59,188 nt of DNA from Promethearchaeia archaeon (GCA_046483985.1 JAWOCD010000103.1:1-59188), one strand, 5' to 3'; shown: positions 30,752 to 42,220, counted from the stretch's first letter. Program-made: numbers and translations. Notes: generated by a model not told the origin, from the sequence alone.

Positions 30752-31804
30752 TTAAAAATTCAAGGATTCCTCACTTGCAAATTTATTATCTAATAAAGAT
30801 TCCAATCTATTTATGTTTTCGCCGTTCAGCGCATTGGTCAATATAACATCTTCAGAATCAATTTCCAAACTGGCGGCAAGATTATCAATCTCTTGTTCGC
30901 TTGCAAAATCCATTTTATTAAAGACAATAAACATTTCAATATCCTTATTTGCAATAAATTTGTCTTTAACTTCTTTATATAATTTTATCTGGGATTCAAC
31001 CGCATATCCAGATGACGGGGTGGGGTCAAAGACAAAAATGATCATATCAGCAACCAATCGCAGGGCTAATATTGCTTGCAACTCGATACGATTTCTGTCC
31101 GACATGGGCCTGTCTAATATCCCGGGAGTATCCATAATTTGTACTTGATCTGTCTCAAACCTTTTCTTTACCTTATAATGTCCTAATGCTAATTTCTTGG
31201 TGGTGAATGGATATTCTTGAACCTCGATATTTTTATTTGTAGATATTTGTTTCACAAGGCTACTCTTTCCTACATTCGGTGCTCCCGCAAACACGACAAC
31301 AGGTCTCTCATAATCAATAGAAGGAAGTGCACGGAGATCACCTCTTATTTTATTTAAATATCTTAAGGTATCGTCTTGCTTATTCACTACAGACGAGATC
31401 CTTCCAAAACATTCCCTTCGTATTTGGTCGGCCTCTTTAGGATGATCAATTTTTCCCAATCTTCGGTAATAATCCCTCTCAAATTTACTTAACACAGGTA
31501 AGATCCCATTTAGTTTGCCTAAACTCAATCGCAATTTATCTATATCTATAACAATTGATGCAAGTTCTCTGTAAAATTCCGGTAATTCTGTAATTCTGGG
31601 AACTCGTTTAATTATTTGTAAAATTCTGTCTATGATCTCATGAATTGCAACCTTAATCCTTCTGGCTTCTTTTTTCTTTGCTTTTATTAAAATTGGAGCG
31701 TTTTTTGATACGTTTGCGGAGCTTTTCATTGCTCTCCGAAACGCAATATCAAGTAATTCTTGGCTAGTCAGTACATGGTAAAAGCCGTCAAAAGGATTTT
31801 TCAT
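30752..31804 (-). CDS. NOG1-family GTPase
   Basis: GAPNVGKSS, YPFTTK, DTPGILDRPMSDRNRIE, NKMD. Confidence 0.93.
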   Translation of the reverse strand: MKNPFDGFYHVLTSQELLDIAFRRAMKSSANVSKNAPILIKAKKKEARRIKVAIHEIIDRILQIIKRVPRITELPEFYRELASIVIDIDKLRLSLGKLNGILPVLSKFERDYYRRLGKIDHPKEADQIRRECFGRISSVVNKQDDTLRYLNKIRGDLRALPSIDYERPVVVFAGAPNVGKSSLVKQISTNKNIEVQEYPFTTKKLALGHYKVKKRFETDQVQIMDTPGILDRPMSDRNRIELQAILALRLVADMIIFVFDPTPSSGYAVESQIKLYKEVKDKFIANKDIEMFIVFNKMDFASEQEIDNLAASLEIDSEDVILTNALNGENINRLESLLDNKFASEESLNF

Positions 31805-31861
31805 GATCTTATTGAGGAAAAATTAGTAGTTTATCGTAATAAAAGTAGTAATCTATAGTAA

Positions 31862-33115
31862 TTATTTTTTTTGTTCTAAATCCTCAATTTTTTCTTTTAT
31901 CTGGGTAAGATCATAGGTAAGATCAATCTTTTCTTCGGGAAATGATTCATATAATTCGACACAATACCGATAACGTTTCAATGCTCGTTGGATTTTATTC
32001 CCTCTGATTTCTTTTTCAGCTTTTTCAATCAGCATTGAAATTTTATCCATTCGTCTTTTTAATTCGGGAGATAACTCTTTTAATTGTTTGGCTCGTTTTC
32101 TTTGTCTTTCGGTTTTCTCTTTTTTTAATCTATTAATTCGTGCTTCAAATTCCTTCTTTTGGTTTTGTCTTCTTTCTTCTCTTTTTTTCAATTTTCTTTG
32201 ATGTTTAAATTTATATTTATTTAAATTCTTAATTTCCTTATAAAGCACGTCTACCTGATTAAACCATTCAAGCTGTTTAAAAATTTTAATTGCATCTCTA
32301 TAGTTTTGTTTTGCCTTTGAAAATTGTTTGTTATCTACTGCCATTTTAGCAGATTCCAGAAATGCATTAGCCTCATTTACCAATTTTTCTTCTTCTTGTT
32401 TTTTTTCTTCTTGTTTTTTCAATTTCTCTTGAATTTTCTTTCTCTCTCGTTCTTGTTCTTTTTCCCTTTCTCTGAGCCGTTTTAAGTACTCTTGGTCCTC
32501 TTTCTCTTTTTGTTGAGCTCGGCTGACTTTCTTACGGATCTGTTCCCGTTTTACTTTAGCTTTCGAATAGGCTTCTTGAAGTTGTTTTTCTTCTTTTTCT
32601 TTCTGTTTCTGAATTCTTTGTTTCCTTCTTTCCGCAATGGATAAACTTGAATGATCTTGATCGGGGGTAGAATTTGATGGCTTATGGCTTTCAGCTAGCT
32701 CTTTATTTTTTATTTTATTAATCTTCCATCTAATTTTTTTACATTGGTAATCATAGTTCAATTTATCATAGAGTTGTAATGCTTCCTTATAATTCATTAT
32801 GACTTTCCCAATCTTTTGGTTGGCCCGAGCATTTTCTGCCTTTTCCAATAACTTGTCAGCTTGTTTTTCCAGTTCTCGCTTGCTATCACCTGACTTCTGG
32901 TTTTTTTCCTTTTCAAGGGATTGAAGTTTTTCAAATCTCTCTATCTTTTTCTCTAAAATTCCAACTTGTCCACTATATCCTATTTGTAGATATATATCTT
33001 TTGCGTCCTTTAATAAGAGAATTGCTAAATCATAGTTTTTGTCCTTAACTTCTTCTTGCGCTTGCTTTTCAATCTGATCAGCTTCTTGTTCTAATTGTTT
33101 TTTTGATTTTGACAT
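31862..33115 (-). CDS. Coiled-coil protein with repeated TPR/MIT-like helical modules
   Basis: Four A..A......AI..Y..A..IY..L modules separated by E/K/Q-rich coils. Confidence 0.65.
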   Translation of the reverse strand: MSKSKKQLEQEADQIEKQAQEEVKDKNYDLAILLLKDAKDIYLQIGYSGQVGILEKKIERFEKLQSLEKEKNQKSGDSKRELEKQADKLLEKAENARANQKIGKVIMNYKEALQLYDKLNYDYQCKKIRWKINKIKNKELAESHKPSNSTPDQDHSSLSIAERRKQRIQKQKEKEEKQLQEAYSKAKVKREQIRKKVSRAQQKEKEDQEYLKRLREREKEQERERKKIQEKLKKQEEKKQEEEKLVNEANAFLESAKMAVDNKQFSKAKQNYRDAIKIFKQLEWFNQVDVLYKEIKNLNKYKFKHQRKLKKREERRQNQKKEFEARINRLKKEKTERQRKRAKQLKELSPELKRRMDKISMLIEKAEKEIRGNKIQRALKRYRYCVELYESFPEEKIDLTYDLTQIKEKIEDLEQKK

Positions 33116-33267
33116 AAAGCATCCCGAAATAGTTTTTATATGATATATTAGCTAATAGATCACAATTCTAATTTATAGTTTTCCAATAAAGATAGCGTCA
33201 CGTCTTAGTGAAAAAAATATTAAGTCTTCAAACATTAAAAATAATAAATTATTAACTAATAAAAACT

Positions 33268-34368
33268 GTGAAAAATAAGATGGAAAAAATGAAAGTTGGC
33301 GTACTGGGGGGTACTGGAATGGTTGGTCAACACTATATAGAGCGTTTAGAGAACCATCCGTGGTTTAAAGTGGTGAGTATATCTGCATCTCCAAGATCTG
33401 CTGGAAAAACTTATGAAAATGCTGTTAAACATAAATGGCAAATGCCTATTCCGATTCCAGAATCTTTACGGGATGTTATTGTACGAGATGTCCAGGATTA
33501 TGATTCTATCCCTTCAGATCTGGATTTTGTATTCTCTGCAGTCAATATGCCCACGAAAGACCAAATTAGAGAAGTAGAATTTAAATACGCAAACTTAGGA
33601 GTTCCAGTGGTAAGTAATAATTCTGCTCATAGATGGACAAAGGATGTGCCCATGATTATCGGAGAAATCAATCATCATCATTCCGAAGTGATACCAATCC
33701 AGCAGAAAAATAGAGGTTTTGAAAAGGGTTTCGTGACGGTCAAACCAAATTGCTCTCTCCAAAGCTATTTGACCGCAATTTATGCTTTAGAGGAAGCTGG
33801 ATATAAAGTTGAAAAATTAATTATCACTACTCTTCAAGCGGTTTCTGGAGCAGGGTATCCAGGAGTCCCCTCACTCGATATGGTTGATAACATTGTGCCT
33901 TATATCGGTGGTGAAGAGAAAAAAACAGAGAAAGAGCCATTAAAGATACTTGGAAAAGTCGGAGAAGATGGCATTGTTAACAACGATTCCATAAAGATCA
34001 GTTCAACATGTACTCGTGTTGCAGTTGTTCACGGGCATACCGCTTCGGTCAATATGAAATTCAAAGATGAGATCCCCGCAAGAGAGGAGATTATTGAAAT
34101 TTGGAGAAACTTTAAAGCCTTACCTCAAGAATTAGAATTACCGTTCGCTCCAAAACATCCAATAATATATCTGGAGAATGAAGACCGCCCACAGCCCAGA
34201 AAAGATAGGGATAATGGTAAAGGTATGGCAGTCACAGTAGGAAGGCTCCGAAAGGATAACGTATTTGATTATAAGTTCGTCTCTCTGAGTCATAACATAA
34301 TAAGAGGTGCTGCTGGTGGAGCAATTCTTAACGCGGAATTATTAAAACATAAAGGAATTTTAGAATAG
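33268..34368 (+). CDS. asd: Aspartate-semialdehyde dehydrogenase
   Basis: GGTGMVGQ, PNCS, QAVSGAGYPG, HNIIRGAAGGAILNAE. Confidence 0.96.
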   Translation: MKNKMEKMKVGVLGGTGMVGQHYIERLENHPWFKVVSISASPRSAGKTYENAVKHKWQMPIPIPESLRDVIVRDVQDYDSIPSDLDFVFSAVNMPTKDQIREVEFKYANLGVPVVSNNSAHRWTKDVPMIIGEINHHHSEVIPIQQKNRGFEKGFVTVKPNCSLQSYLTAIYALEEAGYKVEKLIITTLQAVSGAGYPGVPSLDMVDNIVPYIGGEEKKTEKEPLKILGKVGEDGIVNNDSIKISSTCTRVAVVHGHTASVNMKFKDEIPAREEIIEIWRNFKALPQELELPFAPKHPIIYLENEDRPQPRKDRDNGKGMAVTVGRLRKDNVFDYKFVSLSHNIIRGAAGGAILNAELLKHKGILE

Positions 34369-34382
34369 ATTGATCTTCGAAC

Positions 34383-35963
34383 TTAAAATTCATGCTTATC
34401 TATTAAGAGAGCCAATATCGACTTCAATAAAGAGAAAGTGCCAGATTCTTTGATAAATTTATACATGGGGTTTTCTGGATAAATCTGGAAATATCGTTGT
34501 TTTTTAACCTTTTTTATTATACTTAATTTCGAGAGCGGGTTAAATCTCGAAAAATGAAAGCCAAACTGAGAAATACAATCTTGAATGAATTGAAGATCAA
34601 TTTTTATTATATTATTTATAAAACCATAATCTAATGACATCTGATTACGGAGATTTTCCAAAGTGTATTCCGATAAATTGTCTAAGATTGGTTCTTTGTC
34701 AAGCAATTGAAAATTGACCAGATTTCGCTTTTCAAATTCCAAAAGTAGGACGGAATCTACATCTACTTTGTAAAAATCTTGTTCGTTCGTATCATTCCTT
34801 GATTTAATCGTCTCTGTGATTAAGATGATAACTTTGGAATTCAATCCAATGAAGGAATCAATAGCGTTTGATACCAATCGGGGAATAGACCAGTGCGAGA
34901 GTTTTTTGAGATTTAAGTTAATCCCTATCAAACGTAGTAGAAACCTTATAATCGAGTAATAGATTAAGGGGCGAGGAACCATATACCAATTCTTTTCAAA
35001 ACTCCTGTACCCATAAAGCATTTTTTGCATAACTAAATTAAATTTATTCTTTTCTGGGGGGAATTGTAACTCAAGTATATCTGATAATAAAACGATGATA
35101 TGCTCGAGATGGAAATAGTAAGCGGAGTCTGTTTTCAACTTTGAATTTACATGGTTCAACAATTCATTCTTAGTTAAATCCTCAAGGACAAGTTCTAATT
35201 CCGAAGGAGAATAAATTTCAATCCCAAGGTCTTTCTCATTTTCTGCAGTGTCTCTATTCTGAACTCTGAGAATAAAGGTAATTTTACTGGATCCAATAAT
35301 AAGGGCAATATTGAAATTGGGAAGGATTTGAAGTACCTTTTCCAGCATTTCTGAGAGATCAATATCCTTGAAAAAGGTGATAAATTCTTTAATAAAACGA
35401 TATGCATTAGGCTCGGGATAGATATGAAAAAGATTTTTTGTCATTAGAGTTTGATTTAAGGAAATAAAACTTTTTAGGGATTCAAAAAATGCTGCCGTCT
35501 TTAATGTTTTGCAGTGCTTGTTAATTGCCGCGATTGCCCCAGCTTTAAATAATCTTAGGGATGAGATTCTTATTTTTTCTTTTTCAAAAATATTAAATTG
35601 TAATTTGTTAAAAAAATCACCTATATTGGCTAAATCTTTAGTTCTGAATTTAACGATATCATTCGGTAATTTCTTATAAGAGTCGTGAATCCCTGCTTTC
35701 GGTGTGACATATAAATAGATAGCCTCAATTTCTGAATTGTCTTCAGAGATGATGACATCTGCGATATTTTGCTGATCATTAATAAACTTGGGATACATCT
35801 CATCAAACAAATGATGTAAATAAAACGGATCGATGTGAAGTGTGGTGAGTGGAATACGGATTTTTTCACGGGATTCAGAGGTCTTATCTATAATTTTGAT
35901 ACTTTCATTAAATTTGAGAATCTTCAGCCAATTTCTCTTAAAGTATGGATTGATTTTAACCAT
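34383..35963 (-). CDS. Hypothetical protein
   Basis: 526-aa ORF closely coupled to the upstream DUF362 gene. Confidence 0.7.
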   Translation of the reverse strand: MVKINPYFKRNWLKILKFNESIKIIDKTSESREKIRIPLTTLHIDPFYLHHLFDEMYPKFINDQQNIADVIISEDNSEIEAIYLYVTPKAGIHDSYKKLPNDIVKFRTKDLANIGDFFNKLQFNIFEKEKIRISSLRLFKAGAIAAINKHCKTLKTAAFFESLKSFISLNQTLMTKNLFHIYPEPNAYRFIKEFITFFKDIDLSEMLEKVLQILPNFNIALIIGSSKITFILRVQNRDTAENEKDLGIEIYSPSELELVLEDLTKNELLNHVNSKLKTDSAYYFHLEHIIVLLSDILELQFPPEKNKFNLVMQKMLYGYRSFEKNWYMVPRPLIYYSIIRFLLRLIGINLNLKKLSHWSIPRLVSNAIDSFIGLNSKVIILITETIKSRNDTNEQDFYKVDVDSVLLLEFEKRNLVNFQLLDKEPILDNLSEYTLENLRNQMSLDYGFINNIIKIDLQFIQDCISQFGFHFSRFNPLSKLSIIKKVKKQRYFQIYPENPMYKFIKESGTFSLLKSILALLIDKHEF

Positions 35964-35966
35964 TCT

Positions 35967-37448
35967 TTATAATTTCTCCCATTCTTTTAGTTGCTCTTTA
36001 TCTTCACACACAGACAAATTAATCATATTGTTAAATAGACTTAATTGTGGTAGTTCTTTTTCTCCGAAATAATCAATAAGCCCTTGTACAGTGTCCGCGA
36101 GTCTTGGAGGACAGCCAGAGATCTCAAGGATATTTTCATTTTCTTTAACTTTTTCTTTTAGGGTCGTCTTTGGTTCATAATCTGTTTTAAACTTGGATTT
36201 TAGAAATTCAAGAAAAGAAATTTTTTCTTTTTGGGTTCTAATTTCTCGGAATTCGGCCTCGGGAGTACTTTTTATGGCACAATCTCCAAAAACAATAATG
36301 TTATCCGAGTAGTGCTTATCGTGATTGGGAGGGTCTTGTCCGGCAAGCAGAGAATTCTTTCCTATATATTTTAGATCCTTAACCATATTAGAATCGATCA
36401 GATTTAATAAATGATATAAGGATCTTTTACAACCAGAACACATTAATCCCTCCTTTATCGATAGATTTTTAAGGTGTATTAAATCCGTCCGGGTTACGGG
36501 TAAATCAATATCAATTTTATAATCGTTTAGCTTTGAGATTCCCCCTATCAGATCAATTTCTGACAAATCAACTGGTCCCAACTTACGCTCTTTGCATTCA
36601 GCCAAAAGATGATCTTCAGAAATATCCAATTCGCATAAGTGCTGAAGAATAAGATCTGCTGCCAAGGCACTGGAACTTACCACCATAAGATCAGTTTTCT
36701 TTAATTGAGACTTTTGATAAATATACGGACCAGCTCCTTCCATCAAATAGAAGCAGTCATTAATTACTAAGTCTGGAGGGTTAATAGAATAGACCTCGAT
36801 CATCTTAGAAATCAATTCTTTCTTATACTCATCCTCTTCTAAATATTCTTTATCTACAGTTTGGGGATTAATAATTTTTTGTTGATCATTTGAGATAAGA
36901 CTAAAGGTGCTTGCGATTGCATACCGGATCTTAAAAAGAGGGGTTACATTTACTTGGTTCAAGAGAATAAATTTATCGCAATCTAATACCGCTTTTGGAT
37001 ATAAATACGTATTTTCTCCTTGGTTAATTTCTTCAAATGTTTGGTGTTTCTTGAGTGTTAATTGGTCTTGGTCCAATTCGTCGCTTCTAAAATATTGACT
37101 GTTATCTAAAAAGGCTAACTTGGCCCCAATTTCTTTCAAAAAACTGTTGATCCCAAGCAAATCATCCATTTTTTTCAGGGAAATGCCTTCATATGGGACA
37201 TCCCCAACGTAAATCTCTGTAGCTCCCGCAGCTTTACATGAGGATACTACTTGCTTAATCATTTCAAAACTGGTATTTGTGGGAAATCCATTCGGTAAAC
37301 GTAAATTACATTTAATAAATATTTTATCTTTATTTTTGATGATAGTTGATAATCCGTCTAAATCTTTTATACTGTTTTGATATGCTTCCTTACGGGACTT
37401 CCCTTTCCCAATCACAGCTTTAAAATCCTCGGGCTTAGCAAGGGTCAT
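35967..37448 (-). CDS. DUF362 domain Fe-S protein
   Basis: IFIKCNL, MEGAGP, CSGC, GDCA, GCPP. Confidence 0.78.
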   Translation of the reverse strand: MTLAKPEDFKAVIGKGKSRKEAYQNSIKDLDGLSTIIKNKDKIFIKCNLRLPNGFPTNTSFEMIKQVVSSCKAAGATEIYVGDVPYEGISLKKMDDLLGINSFLKEIGAKLAFLDNSQYFRSDELDQDQLTLKKHQTFEEINQGENTYLYPKAVLDCDKFILLNQVNVTPLFKIRYAIASTFSLISNDQQKIINPQTVDKEYLEEDEYKKELISKMIEVYSINPPDLVINDCFYLMEGAGPYIYQKSQLKKTDLMVVSSSALAADLILQHLCELDISEDHLLAECKERKLGPVDLSEIDLIGGISKLNDYKIDIDLPVTRTDLIHLKNLSIKEGLMCSGCKRSLYHLLNLIDSNMVKDLKYIGKNSLLAGQDPPNHDKHYSDNIIVFGDCAIKSTPEAEFREIRTQKEKISFLEFLKSKFKTDYEPKTTLKEKVKENENILEISGCPPRLADTVQGLIDYFGEKELPQLSLFNNMINLSVCEDKEQLKEWEKL

Positions 37449-37742
37449 TCTCTTATTTGATTAACCTTCCTTCTATTTTACTTGAAGATAATTTGTAAAT
37501 GTATTTAATTAAAAAGAAACATCTAATTTAATTTTAAATTAGGTTTGTCCTAGACAAGCAAGGAAAAAAGAAACATTTATATCGTGATCAATAAATACCA
37601 AAATTATAAAGTAAAAAGAAGATGTGTGCTCTTTTGGAGATCTTTAATCATAGATGCCATGGATAGGATCTCATGAAGACACTATAAAAGAGCATATATA
37701 AGCTATAGAGCTTTTTATTTATTTAATTATGGTTGATATTCT

Positions 37743-38399
37743 TTAAGTTGATTCTGCGTGTTTCTTTAGCAAATCTTCATTGGTTTTTCCCAATTTGATT
37801 GCCAATTCCGCCACGATCGCATCCAGATAAGTGAAGGCAACTTGTTCAAAGGCCGTCCCTTCCGGCGTCAGAATTGCCGTGTCATCCGGTTCACATACAT
37901 CATCTCTCTTGCTCCTGCCGATCAATTTAATTGTAATATCGGCCACACGTCCGATAAGTGTCTCCGGATGCGAGGTGATACAGATGATTTTGTATGGTTT
38001 TACCGTATTTACGTAATTTTTCAATAAACTGACAACGATAGAGGTAGTTCCTGAACCGGAAAGTACAATCAGGATATCCTTTTTCCGTAATCTCGGAAGG
38101 CTTGCCAAATTCGTTACCATGAAAATTTTTGCTCCCAAATGGACAAGACGTGTTGCAAAACATTGGAGGATAAATGCACTTCTACCAGAGGCAAGGAGAA
38201 AGAACCTTCTTTGATTAACCAGTCCATCATGAATTGCATCGATAAATTTTTGGGTATATTTAAAATTAGCATCTAAATGCGCCATATTTTCCTTCAGATT
38301 TTCCATAATCACATCCATCGAACGAAAAAGAATCCGTTTTGCCTTCCCGTTAATTTTTATGCCATTCTCAATTTTATTTTCTTCCTTTAATCTACTCAT
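37743..38399 (-). CDS. SIS-domain 6-phospho-3-hexuloisomerase-like protein
   Basis: SGRS...FATRLVHLG, LSGSGTT, PEGTAFEQ. Confidence 0.82.
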   Translation of the reverse strand: MSRLKEENKIENGIKINGKAKRILFRSMDVIMENLKENMAHLDANFKYTQKFIDAIHDGLVNQRRFFLLASGRSAFILQCFATRLVHLGAKIFMVTNLASLPRLRKKDILIVLSGSGTTSIVVSLLKNYVNTVKPYKIICITSHPETLIGRVADITIKLIGRSKRDDVCEPDDTAILTPEGTAFEQVAFTYLDAIVAELAIKLGKTNEDLLKKHAEST

Positions 38400-38631
38400 A
38401 TGAAATTCAATTCGAAAGATTCAAAGATATATACTTTAATATTTGGAAGTTTATTTAAAAAAACTCCTATTAATAATTTAATTAAATGTGGGATTTAATT
38501 TTCACAGTGTAAAATGAGGGAAGGAAAATACGGATTTTTCTCTGATACCAGTAATATGTGTTGAGGAGTTTTCTCTTCTCAAGGCTATGTTTCAATTTCA
38601 TAGTTTATAAATAAGGAAAAGCGGGACGGAT

Positions 38632-38760
38632 TTGAACTATCCCACCATAAATGGCGGTGGAATCGTGCTTTCCGCTAAGGAGAATAACTCTCGCTGGTTT
38701 TCCAGCGTCGCTCTCATAGTTTCTATTCATTAAGGACTGTTTTCTCGGAAACATCTATTC
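38632..38760 (-). mobile_element. Orphan IS605 right-end / omegaRNA-like relic
   Basis: Minus strand ends ...GATTCCACCGCCATTTATGGTGGGATAGTTCAA; internal hairpin CGCTGG-AAAAA-CCAGCG; upstream limit uncertain. Confidence 0.6.
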
Positions 38761-39646
38761 TAAGAGAGAGAATATAATATAATAGGAAATTTTAGGGTTT
38801 TTATTTGCCGTGAGTACAAGGTTCTCTTGGGAAGAAATGGGTGATATTAGAATCCAGTTACGGACAAATAATTGGGAATTGATAAATCTTTAGTTTTATC
38901 GTTCTTATAATATTAATCATAATAATTCCCTTATTTTTAGGCTTACTGGTGATATTTTTTACTCCCAGAGTAATAGTAATGAGTCTTATGCCTATGATTA
39001 TATTTTTATCTCAAATTATCTAATCTTTAAAAGTGATGACGGAATTTCTCTGCGATCATAAATTATCCGAAGCAAATATTAAGGATAACAAGGTTTTTTT
39101 CCCATTTCGGAAACTTTTTTCCTTTTATTCCTCAATTCATACCTTACGAATTGTAATCGTGTATCTTCCTTCTATGGTATTCTCTATGTTCCCATTACTC
39201 AAAATTTTGTTTCATTCTAAATTTTTTTATGGTTATTTTAGAATGATCACTTGAGTCTTATCCACTATTCCCCAATTAGTCAACTTTTTTAATCTAATTT
39301 TTGATGTGTTCTCATAAAATCCTATCTATTTTACCAGTAGATATTACATTTTCAAGATCCAATTACCTATCATTCCTCTTTCAAAATTTTTCGAATGAAT
39401 TTTTTTATACCATACAAGTTTCTTATGTTCTTAAAATTTGGGAGTTGTCTACTATGATAAATTTTGTCGTAATTTTTTTGGTGATTAAGTTCGTGATGCT
39501 TCCCTCATTTTACATAACATTTAAATATCTCTTCAGATATATTATTAACTAAGAACATTAAAAAATATAACAAAAAAAAATTAAAATTTCGGATTTTAAT
39601 TTTTTTGAACATATTCAATTACAAATAAAGTGGAGGAATAATTAAA

Positions 39647-39868
39647 ATGGCTAAAAAAAAACACACGTTCGCCTGGTCTCCTATTCGACGGCTCATGAAA
39701 CAACAAGGAGCAAGTATTGTTGCAAGAGATGCTGTAGATTTATTGATTGAACATTTAGAACAGACTGCAAAAGATTTAACTGAACAAGCACGACAATTTA
39801 CGCAACATGCGAATAGGAAAAAAATCACCAAGGACGACCTGCTTCTCGCCATTAAGTACGAAGAATAA
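39647..39868 (+). CDS. Archaeal histone
   Basis: SPIRRLMKQQGASIVARDA...A..FTQHANRKKITKDDLLLA histone fold. Confidence 0.95.
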   Translation: MAKKKHTFAWSPIRRLMKQQGASIVARDAVDLLIEHLEQTAKDLTEQARQFTQHANRKKITKDDLLLAIKYEE

Positions 39869-40240
39869 GGCGATTAGATCAATCTATTTAACAAAAATTT
39901 TTAAATCTCTTTTCTTTTTTTCATTATAATCAAACTATACTTACTTGAGGAAACTCACTCTTGATGTTTTAATGGCTCCAAATTCTTTTTAAACTGTTTA
40001 AAATTCTTTTCAAGTCGTTCCAAAATAGAGTCCAAATCACAGATCAACTCGCGGGCATACTGCTTAAAGGCGGGGATGGTTTTGGACAATGATTAGAAAC
40101 AAGACTTCGTGAATTCGAAGTCACTTCGAATTTATCTCTGACTTTATCCATTCCTTTCCGACAATTAGATTTATAAATCCAAAAAAACACTAATGTATAA
40201 AAGATGGAAATGTAAAGTCTAAAACAGAGAAGAAAGAAAT

Positions 40241-40462
40241 ATGAGTGACCCAGATCGAAAAGAAAGAAATGAGAACGAGGACCCCCACAGAGAAAAAGCC
40301 ACAAAAAAGGACAGCTCAGAAATCCGTTTGGAAGATTTACAACCCCCGCCGAAACCGAAGATAGAAATGCACCAAGAACTCGGAATGAAGGTATGCTTTA
40401 ACTGCGGCAATATGATAGAAAAGGACTCTCCGTTTTGCGAACATTGCGGAAGCCCCCAATAA
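40241..40462 (+). CDS. Small zinc-ribbon protein
   Basis: CFNCG...FCEHCG. Confidence 0.7.
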   Translation: MSDPDRKERNENEDPHREKATKKDSSEIRLEDLQPPPKPKIEMHQELGMKVCFNCGNMIEKDSPFCEHCGSPQ

Positions 40463-40591
40463 ATTATAAGATTTTTAAAATGAAAGCGAGAAAATGAAAA
40501 GGACGGACACATTAACAAACCCTACTATCAACTCTCTTATGTGAGGATCGGTAAATTTCTGGAAAGATTCGTTAAATTTTAGGAAAAATCC

Positions 40592-41080
40592 TTAAAAATC
40601 AGCCCATTTATCAACCATAGTCCGGGCAAACCGCTTTTGTTCTTCTGTTTCCAAGCAACACGGTCTGAGATTTCGTATCCATTTCACCGGGTCCGCCCCT
40701 TTGGGGATATGCCCACTTTTTGCCGCCCACACCAGCAATAATTGTCCAGTCCGCCCACAGCCCGCTACACAATGAACCACCACAGGATGGTCCTTTTGAT
40801 GATGATCCTCGGTTATTTGCAAAAAACGCTCAACTTGCTCATTGGTGGGTACCCCGTAATCGGGAATATGGATATGATAATAATGAAATTGGTTCGGCAC
40901 ATCATCGCGGTTATCAAATTCACTTGCATTTATGATAACCTTAATGCCTTCTTTCTTATAGCGTTCGATCACAGGAGGATCAGGCCACCATGATGCGGCA
41001 ATTTTTCCCTCCACGATCCACGTGAAGGGCTCAGTTCGATGCGGTTGTCCCCCTTCTGGCCAATACCACGGACGTACCAT
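40592..41080 (-). CDS. Dual-specificity protein phosphatase
   Basis: IPDYGVP acid loop and VHCVAGCGRTG (CX5R). Confidence 0.93.
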   Translation of the reverse strand: MVRPWYWPEGGQPHRTEPFTWIVEGKIAASWWPDPPVIERYKKEGIKVIINASEFDNRDDVPNQFHYYHIHIPDYGVPTNEQVERFLQITEDHHQKDHPVVVHCVAGCGRTGQLLLVWAAKSGHIPKGADPVKWIRNLRPCCLETEEQKRFARTMVDKWADF

Positions 41081-41448
41081 CTAATACTCCTCGTGAAAAG
41101 TTACTTATTTTTCTTGAATATTTTGATATTTATGATTATGTGAAAAATAATTATGCCATTTATCAATACATTTTATTGGCGTATAATTTTCTTTTAGCGA
41201 TAAGCTCATAAATAAAAGTATTGTTCTTTAAGTATATAAATCTTAGGTTTATCTACTCGTTAGATGCGAGCAGACTTGAGAAAAACAACAAAAACAGCCC
41301 AACAAAAATAATCAATAATTATTTAAAAACGTTTCTATTTCATGCTAACTCTATTAATCTTATTGTAGATTCATTTTCACTTTTCTTGAGATCGAAAAAA
41401 CATTTAATTTTGCAAATTCACCGAAAAATTATTATTATTATTTACTAA

Positions 41449-41988
41449 ATGAAAAAGTTAATTTTTGATGCTTGTTCGCTCATCTATTTGACCAAGGTGA
41501 ACTTAAAGGAAAAACTTCCATCATTAGGGGAGATAATAATTAGTGAAACTGTAAAGGATGAATTATTAGAAGACCTTGAAAAGTTTGAGGATGCCAAAAT
41601 ATTGAAGGAAAATATTGAGAATCAAACAATTAATTTAAGTAAAATTAAACCTAAAAATATATTTAAGAATGAAAATCTCGGAAAAGGGGAAAAAGAAACA
41701 GTTGAAATATGTATAGAAAATGAAGGAATTCCAATTACCGATGATCATCAAGCACTAAATTTCTCATTAAGTTTTGGATTAAAACCTAAAACATCAGAAG
41801 TTATACTGCTTGACTTATTCAATGAATCAGTTATTGATTTTAATCATTTTATGAAATCTTTAAGAGAACTCTGGAGGATTAAATCCTTAAGTCCAGAAAT
41901 CGTATCTCTATTTAAGGAAAAAGCATATAAAATCAAAAAGCAAAGGAGGAAAAATTATGACAAAACAAATGAATCTACGGTTAGATGA
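41449..41988 (+). CDS. PIN-domain toxin (VapC/DUF3368-like)
   Basis: LIFDACSLIYL, LGKGEKET, ITDD. Confidence 0.85.
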   Translation: MKKLIFDACSLIYLTKVNLKEKLPSLGEIIISETVKDELLEDLEKFEDAKILKENIENQTINLSKIKPKNIFKNENLGKGEKETVEICIENEGIPITDDHQALNFSLSFGLKPKTSEVILLDLFNESVIDFNHFMKSLRELWRIKSLSPEIVSLFKEKAYKIKKQRRKNYDKTNESTVR

Positions 41989-42220
41989 AGACCTTATTAA
42001 GGAATTTGAAGAACTCGCCGAGGAAGAAAATCTGGATCGGTCATCCTTAGTAAGAAAAATCTTAATTGAGGGGCTTCAGCAAGAAAGACTCAATGTTGCA
42101 ATTCAAAAATATACCATGAAAGAAATTGCAAACCTCTCAATGCATGAATTCATCCATAAACTCACGGAGCTTAGTATCTCATCCAATTTAACCGCTGAGG
42201 ATTATAAGAAAATCTTATAA
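41957..42220 (+). CDS. Ribbon-helix-helix / UPF0175-like antitoxin
   Basis: MNLRLDEDLIKEFEELAEEENLDRSSLVRKIL; overlaps the PIN gene. Confidence 0.8.
   Translation: MTKQMNLRLDEDLIKEFEELAEEENLDRSSLVRKILIEGLQQERLNVAIQKYTMKEIANLSMHEFIHKLTELSISSNLTAEDYKKIL

Noticed and set aside
37623-37698. Hairpin as a SECIS for the upstream minus-strand gene
   Set aside because: On the minus strand the GA is Watson-Crick paired with no GA/GA core, and the upstream gene has no in-frame UGA.
38780-39600. Long AT-rich spacer with track ORFs 39033-39254 and 39301-39552; possible replication origin
   Set aside because: The ORFs have non-protein-like composition, no repeated ORB-like boxes were found and no cdc6/orc1 gene is adjacent.
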